64,000 nt of DNA from Bacteroidota bacterium (GTDB lineage: Bacteria > Bacteroidota > Bacteroidia > Sphingobacteriales > Sphingobacteriaceae): assembly GCA_040384965.1 (NCBI GenBank), contig JAZKIH010000075.1, forward strand, positions 65,709-129,708, given 5' to 3'. The notes under the pieces were generated by a model. The model did not search any database and was not told the origin of the DNA. It saw nothing but the letters and a program-made list of their open reading frames with translations. Made by a program: the position numbers and the translations under genes. Of this stretch, positions 19,096 through 27,267 are shown one piece after another. Numbering within the stretch: the first letter of the stretch is position 1; every line of letters starts with the position of its first letter.

Positions 19096-19342
19096 ACGTA
19101 GAATTTTTTGCCCATGTTGGGGAAAAAAGTCGTATAAAAATCCATAACTCTAGTGACTAGCTGAACACTTCTAATCCATTCTCAATTAAAATAACTGCTG
19201 AACGTTCGCAGAAGTTGTAATTGCACCCATAATTCATATTTGCTCCTCAAACTGGATTAATATTTGAAATAAGGCGAATATGAATTGGGGTGAGGTATGA
19301 ATCTTTCCAATTCATTTTTATTACTGAAGATGAGTTAAAAGG

Positions 19343-22300
19343 ATGATTAGAAAGTTACTTTTTTTTATATTACTACTGTTATGCGCGGTATTGACTAAGA
19401 GCGCCTACTCTCAAAGTGTATTTCCGTATACCGAAAGCTTTACCAAAACATCAGCAAATACTACCGGACTTGTTTTCGGAGGTACACCCAACGCAGCCTT
19501 TTTGACGGCAGGTGTAACTACTCAGCCCGGCTTTGCTGCTGATGCAAATGGTACAGGGTTTTTGCGGTTAACTAGTAACGACGCAAATCAGGCAGGTTTT
19601 GCCAGGAGTACAACTATATTTCCTTCCGGGGATGGTGTAGATGTTAGTTTTGAATATTTCACTTACGGCGGTCAAAACGGTTCAGCTGATGGTATTACGT
19701 TCTTTTTATTCGATGCATCTGTAGGAACTTTTCAAATTGGAGCATTCGGAGGCTCACTGGGCTATGCTCAACGGGACGACGGTAGCGGTAACCCTTCATT
19801 AACGGGAGTTTCAGGAGGTTACCTGGGTGTGGGGATTGACGAGTTTGGAAACTTCTCAAATGCAACTGAAGGAAGGCAAGGAGGCGATGGGGGCAGGCGT
19901 TTAAGTTCACTGGTTCTTAGAGGATCTGGCAATGGCAATTCCTTGGCGGCCACGAATTATGAGTTTCTGAAAAAAATTCAGACTGAGGATGCTGGTACTC
20001 CCGCGAATGACTTTACAAACCCCGGTAATCCAAACTACGTGGAAAACGGAGCCTATAGCGCTAAATTTTTCTCTATCGCCGGGGGTGTAGACGGCAGAAC
20101 TGCTGGAACTGGTCCAGCCTCAACTATTGGTCCAGCCAATGCAGGTTACAGAAAAGTTAGAATAGTTATCGAGAAAGCCACTGGTTTAGCAACTGGTTAT
20201 GACATAACTACATACATTACCGTTGGTGGAGATAATATCCCGAATAGGATCGGGTCAGGAACCGGAACTTATAGATTATTAAATAAATATAATTATCCGA
20301 CAAGTGCAGCGACAATCCCAGCCAACCTCAGTTTTGGATTTGCTGCATCTACCGGTAGTGAAAATAATTACCACGAAATTCGCAATATTGAAGTAGTTAT
20401 ACCTCCAAGCGTTTTGAAAGTCCCCGCAGCTGTTGCTGATGCTGCAATCATGAAAAAAGTGGACGGTTCAATTACATTTAATATAACAGACAATGATAAA
20501 GATGAGAATGGTAACGGAACTTTAAATACTACAACAACGGGAGTCGATCTAGATGTAAATACAAACGGAGTTCAGTCTACTATTACGGTGACTAATGTCG
20601 GGACTTATACTTACAACGGCGACAAAACAATAACTTTCACGCCAGTGACTGCTTTTACAGGCGTCGCACCGGCACTCCCCTATAACATTAAAGATAATGG
20701 TGGTGATGAAGGCGCAGGTCCTGTGGTTGCCATTTCAACCAGCCCTAATGTAAATATAACCGTCACCGTCCTCGGCGATATAGGCGGTCCGTCTACGGTA
20801 TGTGTAGGATCAACTATCACGGCAACTAATACAACGTCAGGTGGTACATGGACTAGCGGTACCCCTGCAAACGCAACTATAAATTCTTCTACGGGTGTGA
20901 TTACTGGGGTAGCTGACGGAACTACAACAATATCGTATGCTGTTCAGGTAGGGACAACTACTCTTACCGTAACAAGACTCATTACAGTGAATGCAAGACC
21001 AACTGTTGCAGCAATCACTGGTACATTAACTCTTTGTGAAAGCGGTTCGGCGGCGTCTACCACGCAGCTTGCAAATGCTACTGCAGGCGGAAGCTGGAGT
21101 AGCGGCAATACTGCTGTCGCTACCGTTAGCAGCACTGGGCTTGTAACCGGGGTAGCAGCGGGAACAGCTGTAATTACATACACTACTGCAGCAAATGGTA
21201 GTGGTTGTACGAATACCACGACTGCGACAGTAACCGTGAATGCAAAGCCTACAGTTGCGGCCATCACCGGAACTTTATCTGTTTGCGAAGGAGGTTCCAC
21301 TACGCAACTTGCCAACGCTACTTTGGGCGGTACCTGGAGTAGCAGTAATACAGCTTTCGCTACAGTAAGCAGTACTGGACTTGTAACAAGTGTTGCAGCA
21401 GGAACAGTAACGATAACTTACACCACTGCAGCAAATGGAAGCGGTTGTACAAACAGCGCGACTGCAACAGTAACTGTAAACGCGAAACCAGCAATTGCCG
21501 CCATCACTGGCACTTTAACTGTTTGTGAAGGCGGTTCTACTACACAGCTGGCAAACGCTACGACTGGAGGTACCTGGAGTAGCAGCAATACAGCTGTTGC
21601 CACAGTTAGCAGCGCAGCCCTTGTTACAGGCCTTACCGCAGGGACGGTTACAATCACTTATACGACTGCTGCAAATGGAAGCGGTTGTATCAGCAGTACA
21701 ACAGCTACAGTCACTGTAAATGCAAGACCTGCAGTTACAGCTATCACCGGAACGTTAATAGTTTGCGAAGGTGGTTCAACTACGCAGCTGGCTAATGCTA
21801 CTACAGGTGGAAGTTGGAGCAGTAGTAATACTGCTGTGGCTACAGTCAGTTCCACAGGTGTTGTTACGGGAGTGACCGCCGGCACTGCAACCATTACCTA
21901 CACTACTGCGGCAAATGGAAGCGGCTGTACCAATAGTACCACCTCAACAGTAACTGTAAATGCTAGACCTGCGGTTACAGCTATCACAGGAACTCTAACG
22001 GTTTGCGAAGGAGGGTCTACTACTCAACTCGCTAATTCTACAACAGGAGGAAGCTGGAGCAGCAGTAACACTGCGGTGGCTACGGTTAACAATGCGGGAC
22101 TCGTAACAGGAGTTACCCCTGGTTCCGTAACTATCACATATACCACAGCAGCTAACGGAAACGGATGTACCAACTCTACAACAGTTGGAGTTACGGTGAA
22201 TGCTCTCCCAACGGTAGCAGCTATCTCCGGAGCTTCTACTACATCAGTAGGGTCTTCAACGGTATTTTCAAGTACAACGCCTGGTGGAGTTTGGAGCAGT

Positions 22301-24154
22301 GCCAGCCCGAATATTGCCACGGTTAATAATTCTGGCATAGTAACCGGGGTTTCTGTTGGTACAGGTGTTATTATCTATACTGTTACTACCTCGGGATGTA
22401 CGACAAGTGTTAATAAAACCATCACGGTAACTGGGTCGCCTGGAGGTAATACTCTGCCAATAATTGCTGATATAACGAAAACAGGAACAAAAGATACTCC
22501 AGTACCTTTCACTGCTACGGATTTTACAGACAAATTTGCAGATGCAGATCCCTTAGCAAAAATTAAAATAGTTGCCCTGCCTTCCTCAGGAACTTTAAAG
22601 CTGAATGGTGTAAATATTTCTTCAGGACAGGAGATACCAGCCGCTGATTTGGCTAAGATTACGTTCCTCCCGTCTACAGGTTTTACCGGCGGACCTGTAA
22701 GTTTTCAATGGAATGGATCGGATGGGGTTGATTATGCTGTAACTGCGAGAAATGTTAATATAACTATTGCAGCGCCAAACACTGCGCCAGTAGCTGTAGC
22801 AGATACTTACACGATTACCAGGGGAGGTACATTGACGGTGTCTCTGCCAGGAGTTTTAACAAACGATACCGACACCGAAGGAAACTCACTTAACGCTGTT
22901 AAGGTAACTAATCCTTCCAATGGAACAGTAACATTGAATTCCAACGGATCATTTATATATATTCATAACGGAGGTAATTCAACTTCTGATGTATTCACTT
23001 ATAAAGTAAATGATGGCACCATTGACGGTAATACTGTTAGTGTTACTATTGGTATAACCTCATCGAATGGCCCTCCAGTCGTTTCAGATCTGCCAAAGAT
23101 TGGTACAGGATTTACACCGATTACATTTACTGCTGCTGATTTTCAGGGAAAGTATACGGATCCAAATTCTGACCCTCTTGTTAAGATAGTTGTTGTCTCA
23201 CTTCCACCAGTTGGAATACTTAAACTAAGTGGGATTCCAGTCGTCGCAGGGCAGGAGATTCCGGTTGCCAACCTTGGGAACTTGACTTTTGAACCACCAG
23301 TCAATTGGAGTGGAACAACCGCATTTGGATGGAATGGCTTTGACGGAACTGTTTATGCCATTAATCCAGCTAATGTTACTCTTACCGTAGCCTTGGCGGG
23401 AGATCCAACAGCAAAAATAGGCTTAGCAAAAAGCCTTGCCTCCATTACTCCAGCTTTGAATGCGTCGTATGATGTCAAATTTATTTTTACAGCGGTTAAT
23501 TACGGATTAAACGGATTAGAAAATATCAGCATCAAGGATAACTTGCTTATCACTTTTGGTGGAGCTGTGGTAACAGTGAAAAATATCATTGCATTCGGAA
23601 ATTTAAAGGCAAATAATTCTTTTAACGGGTCGAGCGATATTGAGCTTCTCTTGCCTGCCAGTAAACTGTCGGCAGGAGAACAAGCACGCGTGGAGTTATT
23701 GATTAATGTGAAGATGGGAGTAACTGGCGGTCTTTTCCAAAATACGGCTACCGCTGAGGCCTCGTCAACCGTTAATGGAATTAAAGTCACCGACAAATCA
23801 ACAAACGGATTAAAGCCAGATCCGGCTGCGAACAACGATGTCAGTCCATCGGATGCAACGCCTATACAGCTTGATGCACAGCCGACTTATGTGCCGCAAG
23901 GCTTCTCTCCAAACGGCGATGGCCAGAATGATAAGTTTATTATTCAGAATGCGCTCGGAAAACATGTTTCGCTGGAAGTTTATAATCGTTGGGGCAACAG
24001 GGTTTACAAATCTGCCGACTATCAAAATGATTGGGGTGGTGAAGTGACGGAAGGATTTTTTGTAGGACGAGCTATACCCGACGGGACATATTACTATATC
24101 ATTATAGTTGAAAAATCAGATAAATATACTGGCTTTATTACCATTAATAGGTAA
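19343..24154 (+). CDS. Giant T9SS-secreted surface adhesin (L-type lectin, Ig-like array, cadherin-like domains, type-B CTD)
   Basis: 1603 aa with a signal peptide. The N-terminal legume-lectin-like region has FLRLTSNDANQAGFA, DGITFFLFD, GGSLGY and GVGIDEFGNF. Seven Big_2-like units follow. Cadherin-like segments have VADTYTITRGGTL..VLTNDTDTEGN, plus two copies of a KIxIVxLPxxGxLKLxG unit. The C-terminus PQGFSPNGDGQNDKFII..YNRWGNRVYKS..YQNDWGG..DGTYYYII matches the gliding-motility/T9SS type-B C-terminal domain. Confidence 0.92.
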   Translation: MIRKLLFFILLLLCAVLTKSAYSQSVFPYTESFTKTSANTTGLVFGGTPNAAFLTAGVTTQPGFAADANGTGFLRLTSNDANQAGFARSTTIFPSGDGVDVSFEYFTYGGQNGSADGITFFLFDASVGTFQIGAFGGSLGYAQRDDGSGNPSLTGVSGGYLGVGIDEFGNFSNATEGRQGGDGGRRLSSLVLRGSGNGNSLAATNYEFLKKIQTEDAGTPANDFTNPGNPNYVENGAYSAKFFSIAGGVDGRTAGTGPASTIGPANAGYRKVRIVIEKATGLATGYDITTYITVGGDNIPNRIGSGTGTYRLLNKYNYPTSAATIPANLSFGFAASTGSENNYHEIRNIEVVIPPSVLKVPAAVADAAIMKKVDGSITFNITDNDKDENGNGTLNTTTTGVDLDVNTNGVQSTITVTNVGTYTYNGDKTITFTPVTAFTGVAPALPYNIKDNGGDEGAGPVVAISTSPNVNITVTVLGDIGGPSTVCVGSTITATNTTSGGTWTSGTPANATINSSTGVITGVADGTTTISYAVQVGTTTLTVTRLITVNARPTVAAITGTLTLCESGSAASTTQLANATAGGSWSSGNTAVATVSSTGLVTGVAAGTAVITYTTAANGSGCTNTTTATVTVNAKPTVAAITGTLSVCEGGSTTQLANATLGGTWSSSNTAFATVSSTGLVTSVAAGTVTITYTTAANGSGCTNSATATVTVNAKPAIAAITGTLTVCEGGSTTQLANATTGGTWSSSNTAVATVSSAALVTGLTAGTVTITYTTAANGSGCISSTTATVTVNARPAVTAITGTLIVCEGGSTTQLANATTGGSWSSSNTAVATVSSTGVVTGVTAGTATITYTTAANGSGCTNSTTSTVTVNARPAVTAITGTLTVCEGGSTTQLANSTTGGSWSSSNTAVATVNNAGLVTGVTPGSVTITYTTAANGNGCTNSTTVGVTVNALPTVAAISGASTTSVGSSTVFSSTTPGGVWSSASPNIATVNNSGIVTGVSVGTGVIIYTVTTSGCTTSVNKTITVTGSPGGNTLPIIADITKTGTKDTPVPFTATDFTDKFADADPLAKIKIVALPSSGTLKLNGVNISSGQEIPAADLAKITFLPSTGFTGGPVSFQWNGSDGVDYAVTARNVNITIAAPNTAPVAVADTYTITRGGTLTVSLPGVLTNDTDTEGNSLNAVKVTNPSNGTVTLNSNGSFIYIHNGGNSTSDVFTYKVNDGTIDGNTVSVTIGITSSNGPPVVSDLPKIGTGFTPITFTAADFQGKYTDPNSDPLVKIVVVSLPPVGILKLSGIPVVAGQEIPVANLGNLTFEPPVNWSGTTAFGWNGFDGTVYAINPANVTLTVALAGDPTAKIGLAKSLASITPALNASYDVKFIFTAVNYGLNGLENISIKDNLLITFGGAVVTVKNIIAFGNLKANNSFNGSSDIELLLPASKLSAGEQARVELLINVKMGVTGGLFQNTATAEASSTVNGIKVTDKSTNGLKPDPAANNDVSPSDATPIQLDAQPTYVPQGFSPNGDGQNDKFIIQNALGKHVSLEVYNRWGNRVYKSADYQNDWGGEVTEGFFVGRAIPDGTYYYIIIVEKSDKYTGFITINR
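20987..22195 (+). repeat. Five tandem coding repeats (249, 240, 240, 240, 240 bp) encoding 80-83-aa Ig-like units
   Basis: Unit starts were read at 20987, 21236, 21476, 21716 and 21956, with the next, diverged unit at 22196. Each unit encodes VNA(R/K)P(T/A)VAAITGTL.VCEGGSTTQLANAT.GG.WSS.NTAVATVSS.GLVTG..AGT..ITYTTAANGSGC. One more diverged unit lies on each side, so the array spans about 20770..22432. Confidence 0.9.
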
Positions 24155-24174
24155 ATGAACGGAATTACAAGGTA

Positions 24175-25119
24175 ATGATGCACAAAACAATAAAAGGTTT
24201 AGTTATAGCAGTATTTTGCGCAATGCAGTCGGTGACTTCCTTTGCGCAGCAAAACGCTTTATTTTCGCAGTACATGTTTAATACACTTGCAGTAAATCCA
24301 GCTTATGCAGGCAGCAGAAATGTTGTTGCAGCTACTGCACTCTACCGTAATCAATGGGTAGGTATCGAGGGTGCTCCAAAAACAGGAACTTTCACGATCG
24401 ACGCTCCTTTTGCGAATGACCGTATTGGGCTCGGAGCGCAGATAATCAGTGATAAAATTGGAATAACTAGTATGACTTCCGGCGTTTTAACGACTGCATA
24501 TCGCATACCAATGAATAATGGCGCGTTGTCATTTGGTATGGAAGGAAGTGTGACATCATATCGTGCTGGTTATACAGATGTACAGCTTGATCCCTCCGGT
24601 CCGGTAGGAGATCCTGGATTCTCAGAAGATATAAACAAGACTCTTTATAATTTCGGCTCGGGTATTTATTTTAATACAGACCGTTTATATGCCGGGTTTT
24701 CTGTAAAGGATTTTGTGCGCAACCGACTTAATTCTAATACCTTAGTTAATATTGATGATGTAACAGCAAGGCAATCTGCGCATGCATATTTTGCGCTCGG
24801 TTATGTTTTCCCACTGAGTATGGACCTCAACCTTAAAACTTCGGGGCTTGTTAAAGGCGTTCGTGGTGCACCTGTTCAGGGAGATCTTAACGCTACTCTG
24901 TGGATTAAAGAAATGATTGCTATTGGAGTAGAGTATCGCACCAATGCGGATGTGTCAGCTCTTATGGAATTAAGAGTAACTCCGCAAGTCCGTTTGGGTT
25001 ACGCGTATGACAAGAGTACAACCAAATTGGGTAGTTATAATACGGGAAGCCATGAGTTTATGCTACGATATGAGTTCTCATTTGATCGAGATAGAATGTT
25101 ATCACCGAGATATTTTTAA
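24175..25119 (+). CDS. PorP/SprF-family type IX secretion system membrane protein
   Basis: 314 aa. A signal peptide is followed by the family signature QQNALFSQYMFNTLAVNPAYAGS. It starts 20 nt after the adhesin stop, the typical cargo-partner arrangement. Confidence 0.9.
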   Translation: MMHKTIKGLVIAVFCAMQSVTSFAQQNALFSQYMFNTLAVNPAYAGSRNVVAATALYRNQWVGIEGAPKTGTFTIDAPFANDRIGLGAQIISDKIGITSMTSGVLTTAYRIPMNNGALSFGMEGSVTSYRAGYTDVQLDPSGPVGDPGFSEDINKTLYNFGSGIYFNTDRLYAGFSVKDFVRNRLNSNTLVNIDDVTARQSAHAYFALGYVFPLSMDLNLKTSGLVKGVRGAPVQGDLNATLWIKEMIAIGVEYRTNADVSALMELRVTPQVRLGYAYDKSTTKLGSYNTGSHEFMLRYEFSFDRDRMLSPRYF

Positions 25120-25135
25120 AAAAAAGACTTAGACT

Positions 25136-27220
25136 ATGTCAACCAGAATATTGTTAGTTACGTTTTTGATCATCGTCAATACAGGAACGAGTCTGCTATA
25201 TGCTCAGCCAATGGATAATGGTCCGTTGCTAAGAAAAGCTATGATTGAATATCAGGGCTTGCGCTTTACATCTGCAATCAAAGAGCTGACGAAAGTTTTG
25301 GATAAAGATCCTGAAAACGTCGCAGCTCAGGAGATGATTGCTGGTAGTAACCGGAATATTAAAAATTATGACGAAGCTCTCTATTGGTACGGAGAGTTAT
25401 GTAAACAGAAAAACATCAAACCTGAATGGGCGCTGTATTACGCGGAAGCTTTGGCTAATCGTGAGAAGTACGAGGAATCAGAACAATGGTATCGTAAGTT
25501 TCTAAGTATGAAACCAAATGATCGACGTGCTGAAGCATTTAGTAAAGCAAACTTAAATACTTTTTCAAGTAACGCTGGTGAATACAAGGTTGTTTACTCC
25601 AGCCTGAACACTGACGCCTCTGAATATTCTCCAATGTATTACAAAAACGGGTTGATTTTTATAAGTAATCGTGAAGAGAAGAATAGGTATGTATTTCAAT
25701 GGGATCGTACTGCTTATTCAGATATGTATTTTATTAACGATCTCGAAGATATCACAGAAGGCGAGCCCGATAGTGCAAAGCGTGCTGAGAAATTAAAGGC
25801 TTCTCGGTATGTAGCGTCTCATGACGAGGAAAGATCGCTCATGTCTCTTTTTTCTTCATCCAAGGTAAACGAAGACCCTTCTAAAGAACCTCAACTCCTT
25901 CGCGGAAAAGTTAATAGCTCTTACCATGAAGGGCCGGCAGCATTACTTCCAGAGGGTAGTTTGTTGTTTACAAGAAATAACTATATAGGAGGCAAGGCAG
26001 GTAAAAGTCAGGCGGGTGTGAATAAACTCAAGCTTTATACTGCCTCTGGGCCTACTTGGGAAAAGATAACAAACTTCCCTTATAACAATAATGAATATTC
26101 AACAGGTCATCCAACTGTTTCATCAGATGGAAAGGTTTTAATATTTTCTTCTGATATGCCCCGCGGTTTTGGCGGAACTGACCTCTATTATTGTGTTCGC
26201 ACGGGTGATGGTAAGCAATGGGGAAGGCCGGTAAATCTTGGACCAAGAATTAATACAGAAGGCCATGAACAGTTTCCATATCTTGACAAGAACGGAAAAT
26301 TATATTTCTCCTCCACGGGGCATCCGGGATTGGGCGGCCTTGATATTTTCGAGGTTGTATTAAAAGACTTGAAACCAATAGGTAATCCTAAACATCTTGG
26401 GTCGGACGTTAATTCATCTGCGGATGACTTTGGATATATTCAGGATGAAATGGGTAAGACAGGTTATTTCAGCTCCAACAGAAGAGGAAATGACGATATC
26501 TATCAATTCACTCGCATGGCATATACGGTTACTCTCAAAGGATCAGTGATAGACGCAAATGGTAACAGACCTCTCCCAGGCAGTAAAGTAATTATGCGTC
26601 AGAACGGTGTTACTGATACATTGACGACTAATGCTAAAGGTGAATTTACAAGAATTTTGAAAAAGGAAACTGATTATGAGCTGGGTGCGAGCAGACTGTC
26701 ATATGTAAGCGCGCAGAACTATATTTCCACCAGCGATATTAAAATTGATTCAACGATAAATGTAGTCCTTAAGTTAACTCGTGCGGAAAATATCCAGCAA
26801 TGGGTTATGGACAATTGCGCATCGCTGAAGAAGACTTTTACTCTGAAAAATATCTACTACGATCTTGACAAGGCGGTGATCCGTCCTGATGCACAATCAG
26901 CCCTGGATGAAATTGCTGAAGTATTACGGAAAAATCCGGAGATAAGCATTATTACTGCAAGCCATACCGACAGCCGGGCAACAGAAAGCTATAATCGAGA
27001 TTTGTCATTAAGACGGGGGGAAGCCGCGAAAGCATATTTAGTTGCGCGGGGAATTAGTGCGGGAAGAATTGAAGTACAATATTATGGAAAAAGCAGACTG
27101 CAAAACTTGTGTGTGGAGGGTGTTCCTTGCCCGGAAAATGAACAACAGGCGAACAGGAGGACGGAGTTCGAAGTAATAATGAATGGAGTTAATTTATCAC
27201 AGCTAAATTGTCAAAATTAA
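25136..27220 (+). CDS. OmpA-family protein with TPR and TolB-like beta-propeller regions
   Basis: 694 aa with a signal peptide. It has TPR-like helices and PD40-like repeats (SPMYYKNGLIF, HPTVSSDGKVLIFSS, FPYLDKNGKLYFSS). The C-terminal OmpA peptidoglycan-binding domain has NIYYDLDKAVIRPD, HTDSRATESYNRDLSLRRGEAA and NRRTEFEV. Confidence 0.9.
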   Translation: MSTRILLVTFLIIVNTGTSLLYAQPMDNGPLLRKAMIEYQGLRFTSAIKELTKVLDKDPENVAAQEMIAGSNRNIKNYDEALYWYGELCKQKNIKPEWALYYAEALANREKYEESEQWYRKFLSMKPNDRRAEAFSKANLNTFSSNAGEYKVVYSSLNTDASEYSPMYYKNGLIFISNREEKNRYVFQWDRTAYSDMYFINDLEDITEGEPDSAKRAEKLKASRYVASHDEERSLMSLFSSSKVNEDPSKEPQLLRGKVNSSYHEGPAALLPEGSLLFTRNNYIGGKAGKSQAGVNKLKLYTASGPTWEKITNFPYNNNEYSTGHPTVSSDGKVLIFSSDMPRGFGGTDLYYCVRTGDGKQWGRPVNLGPRINTEGHEQFPYLDKNGKLYFSSTGHPGLGGLDIFEVVLKDLKPIGNPKHLGSDVNSSADDFGYIQDEMGKTGYFSSNRRGNDDIYQFTRMAYTVTLKGSVIDANGNRPLPGSKVIMRQNGVTDTLTTNAKGEFTRILKKETDYELGASRLSYVSAQNYISTSDIKIDSTINVVLKLTRAENIQQWVMDNCASLKKTFTLKNIYYDLDKAVIRPDAQSALDEIAEVLRKNPEISIITASHTDSRATESYNRDLSLRRGEAAKAYLVARGISAGRIEVQYYGKSRLQNLCVEGVPCPENEQQANRRTEFEVIMNGVNLSQLNCQN

Positions 27221-27267
27221 TTCGATTTGCACCTGTGCAGGTTGGAGGATTTTGAAACCATTAATAT

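Noticed and set aside
20987-22195. A regular 240-bp periodicity that could superficially suggest a CRISPR-like or satellite array.
   Set aside because: The period is far too long and there is no repeat/spacer alternation. The whole array is in frame within a 1603-aa ORF and encodes Ig-like domains.
20944-22338. Minus-strand ORFs rich in Val/Ala/Thr/Pro (20944..21315, 21418..21657, 21658..21894, 22024..22338), plus the plus-frame ORF 21525..21719.
   Set aside because: They mirror the 240-bp coding repeat of the adhesin. Stop-free antisense frames are a by-product of the repetitive Thr/Ala/Val/Gly codon content.
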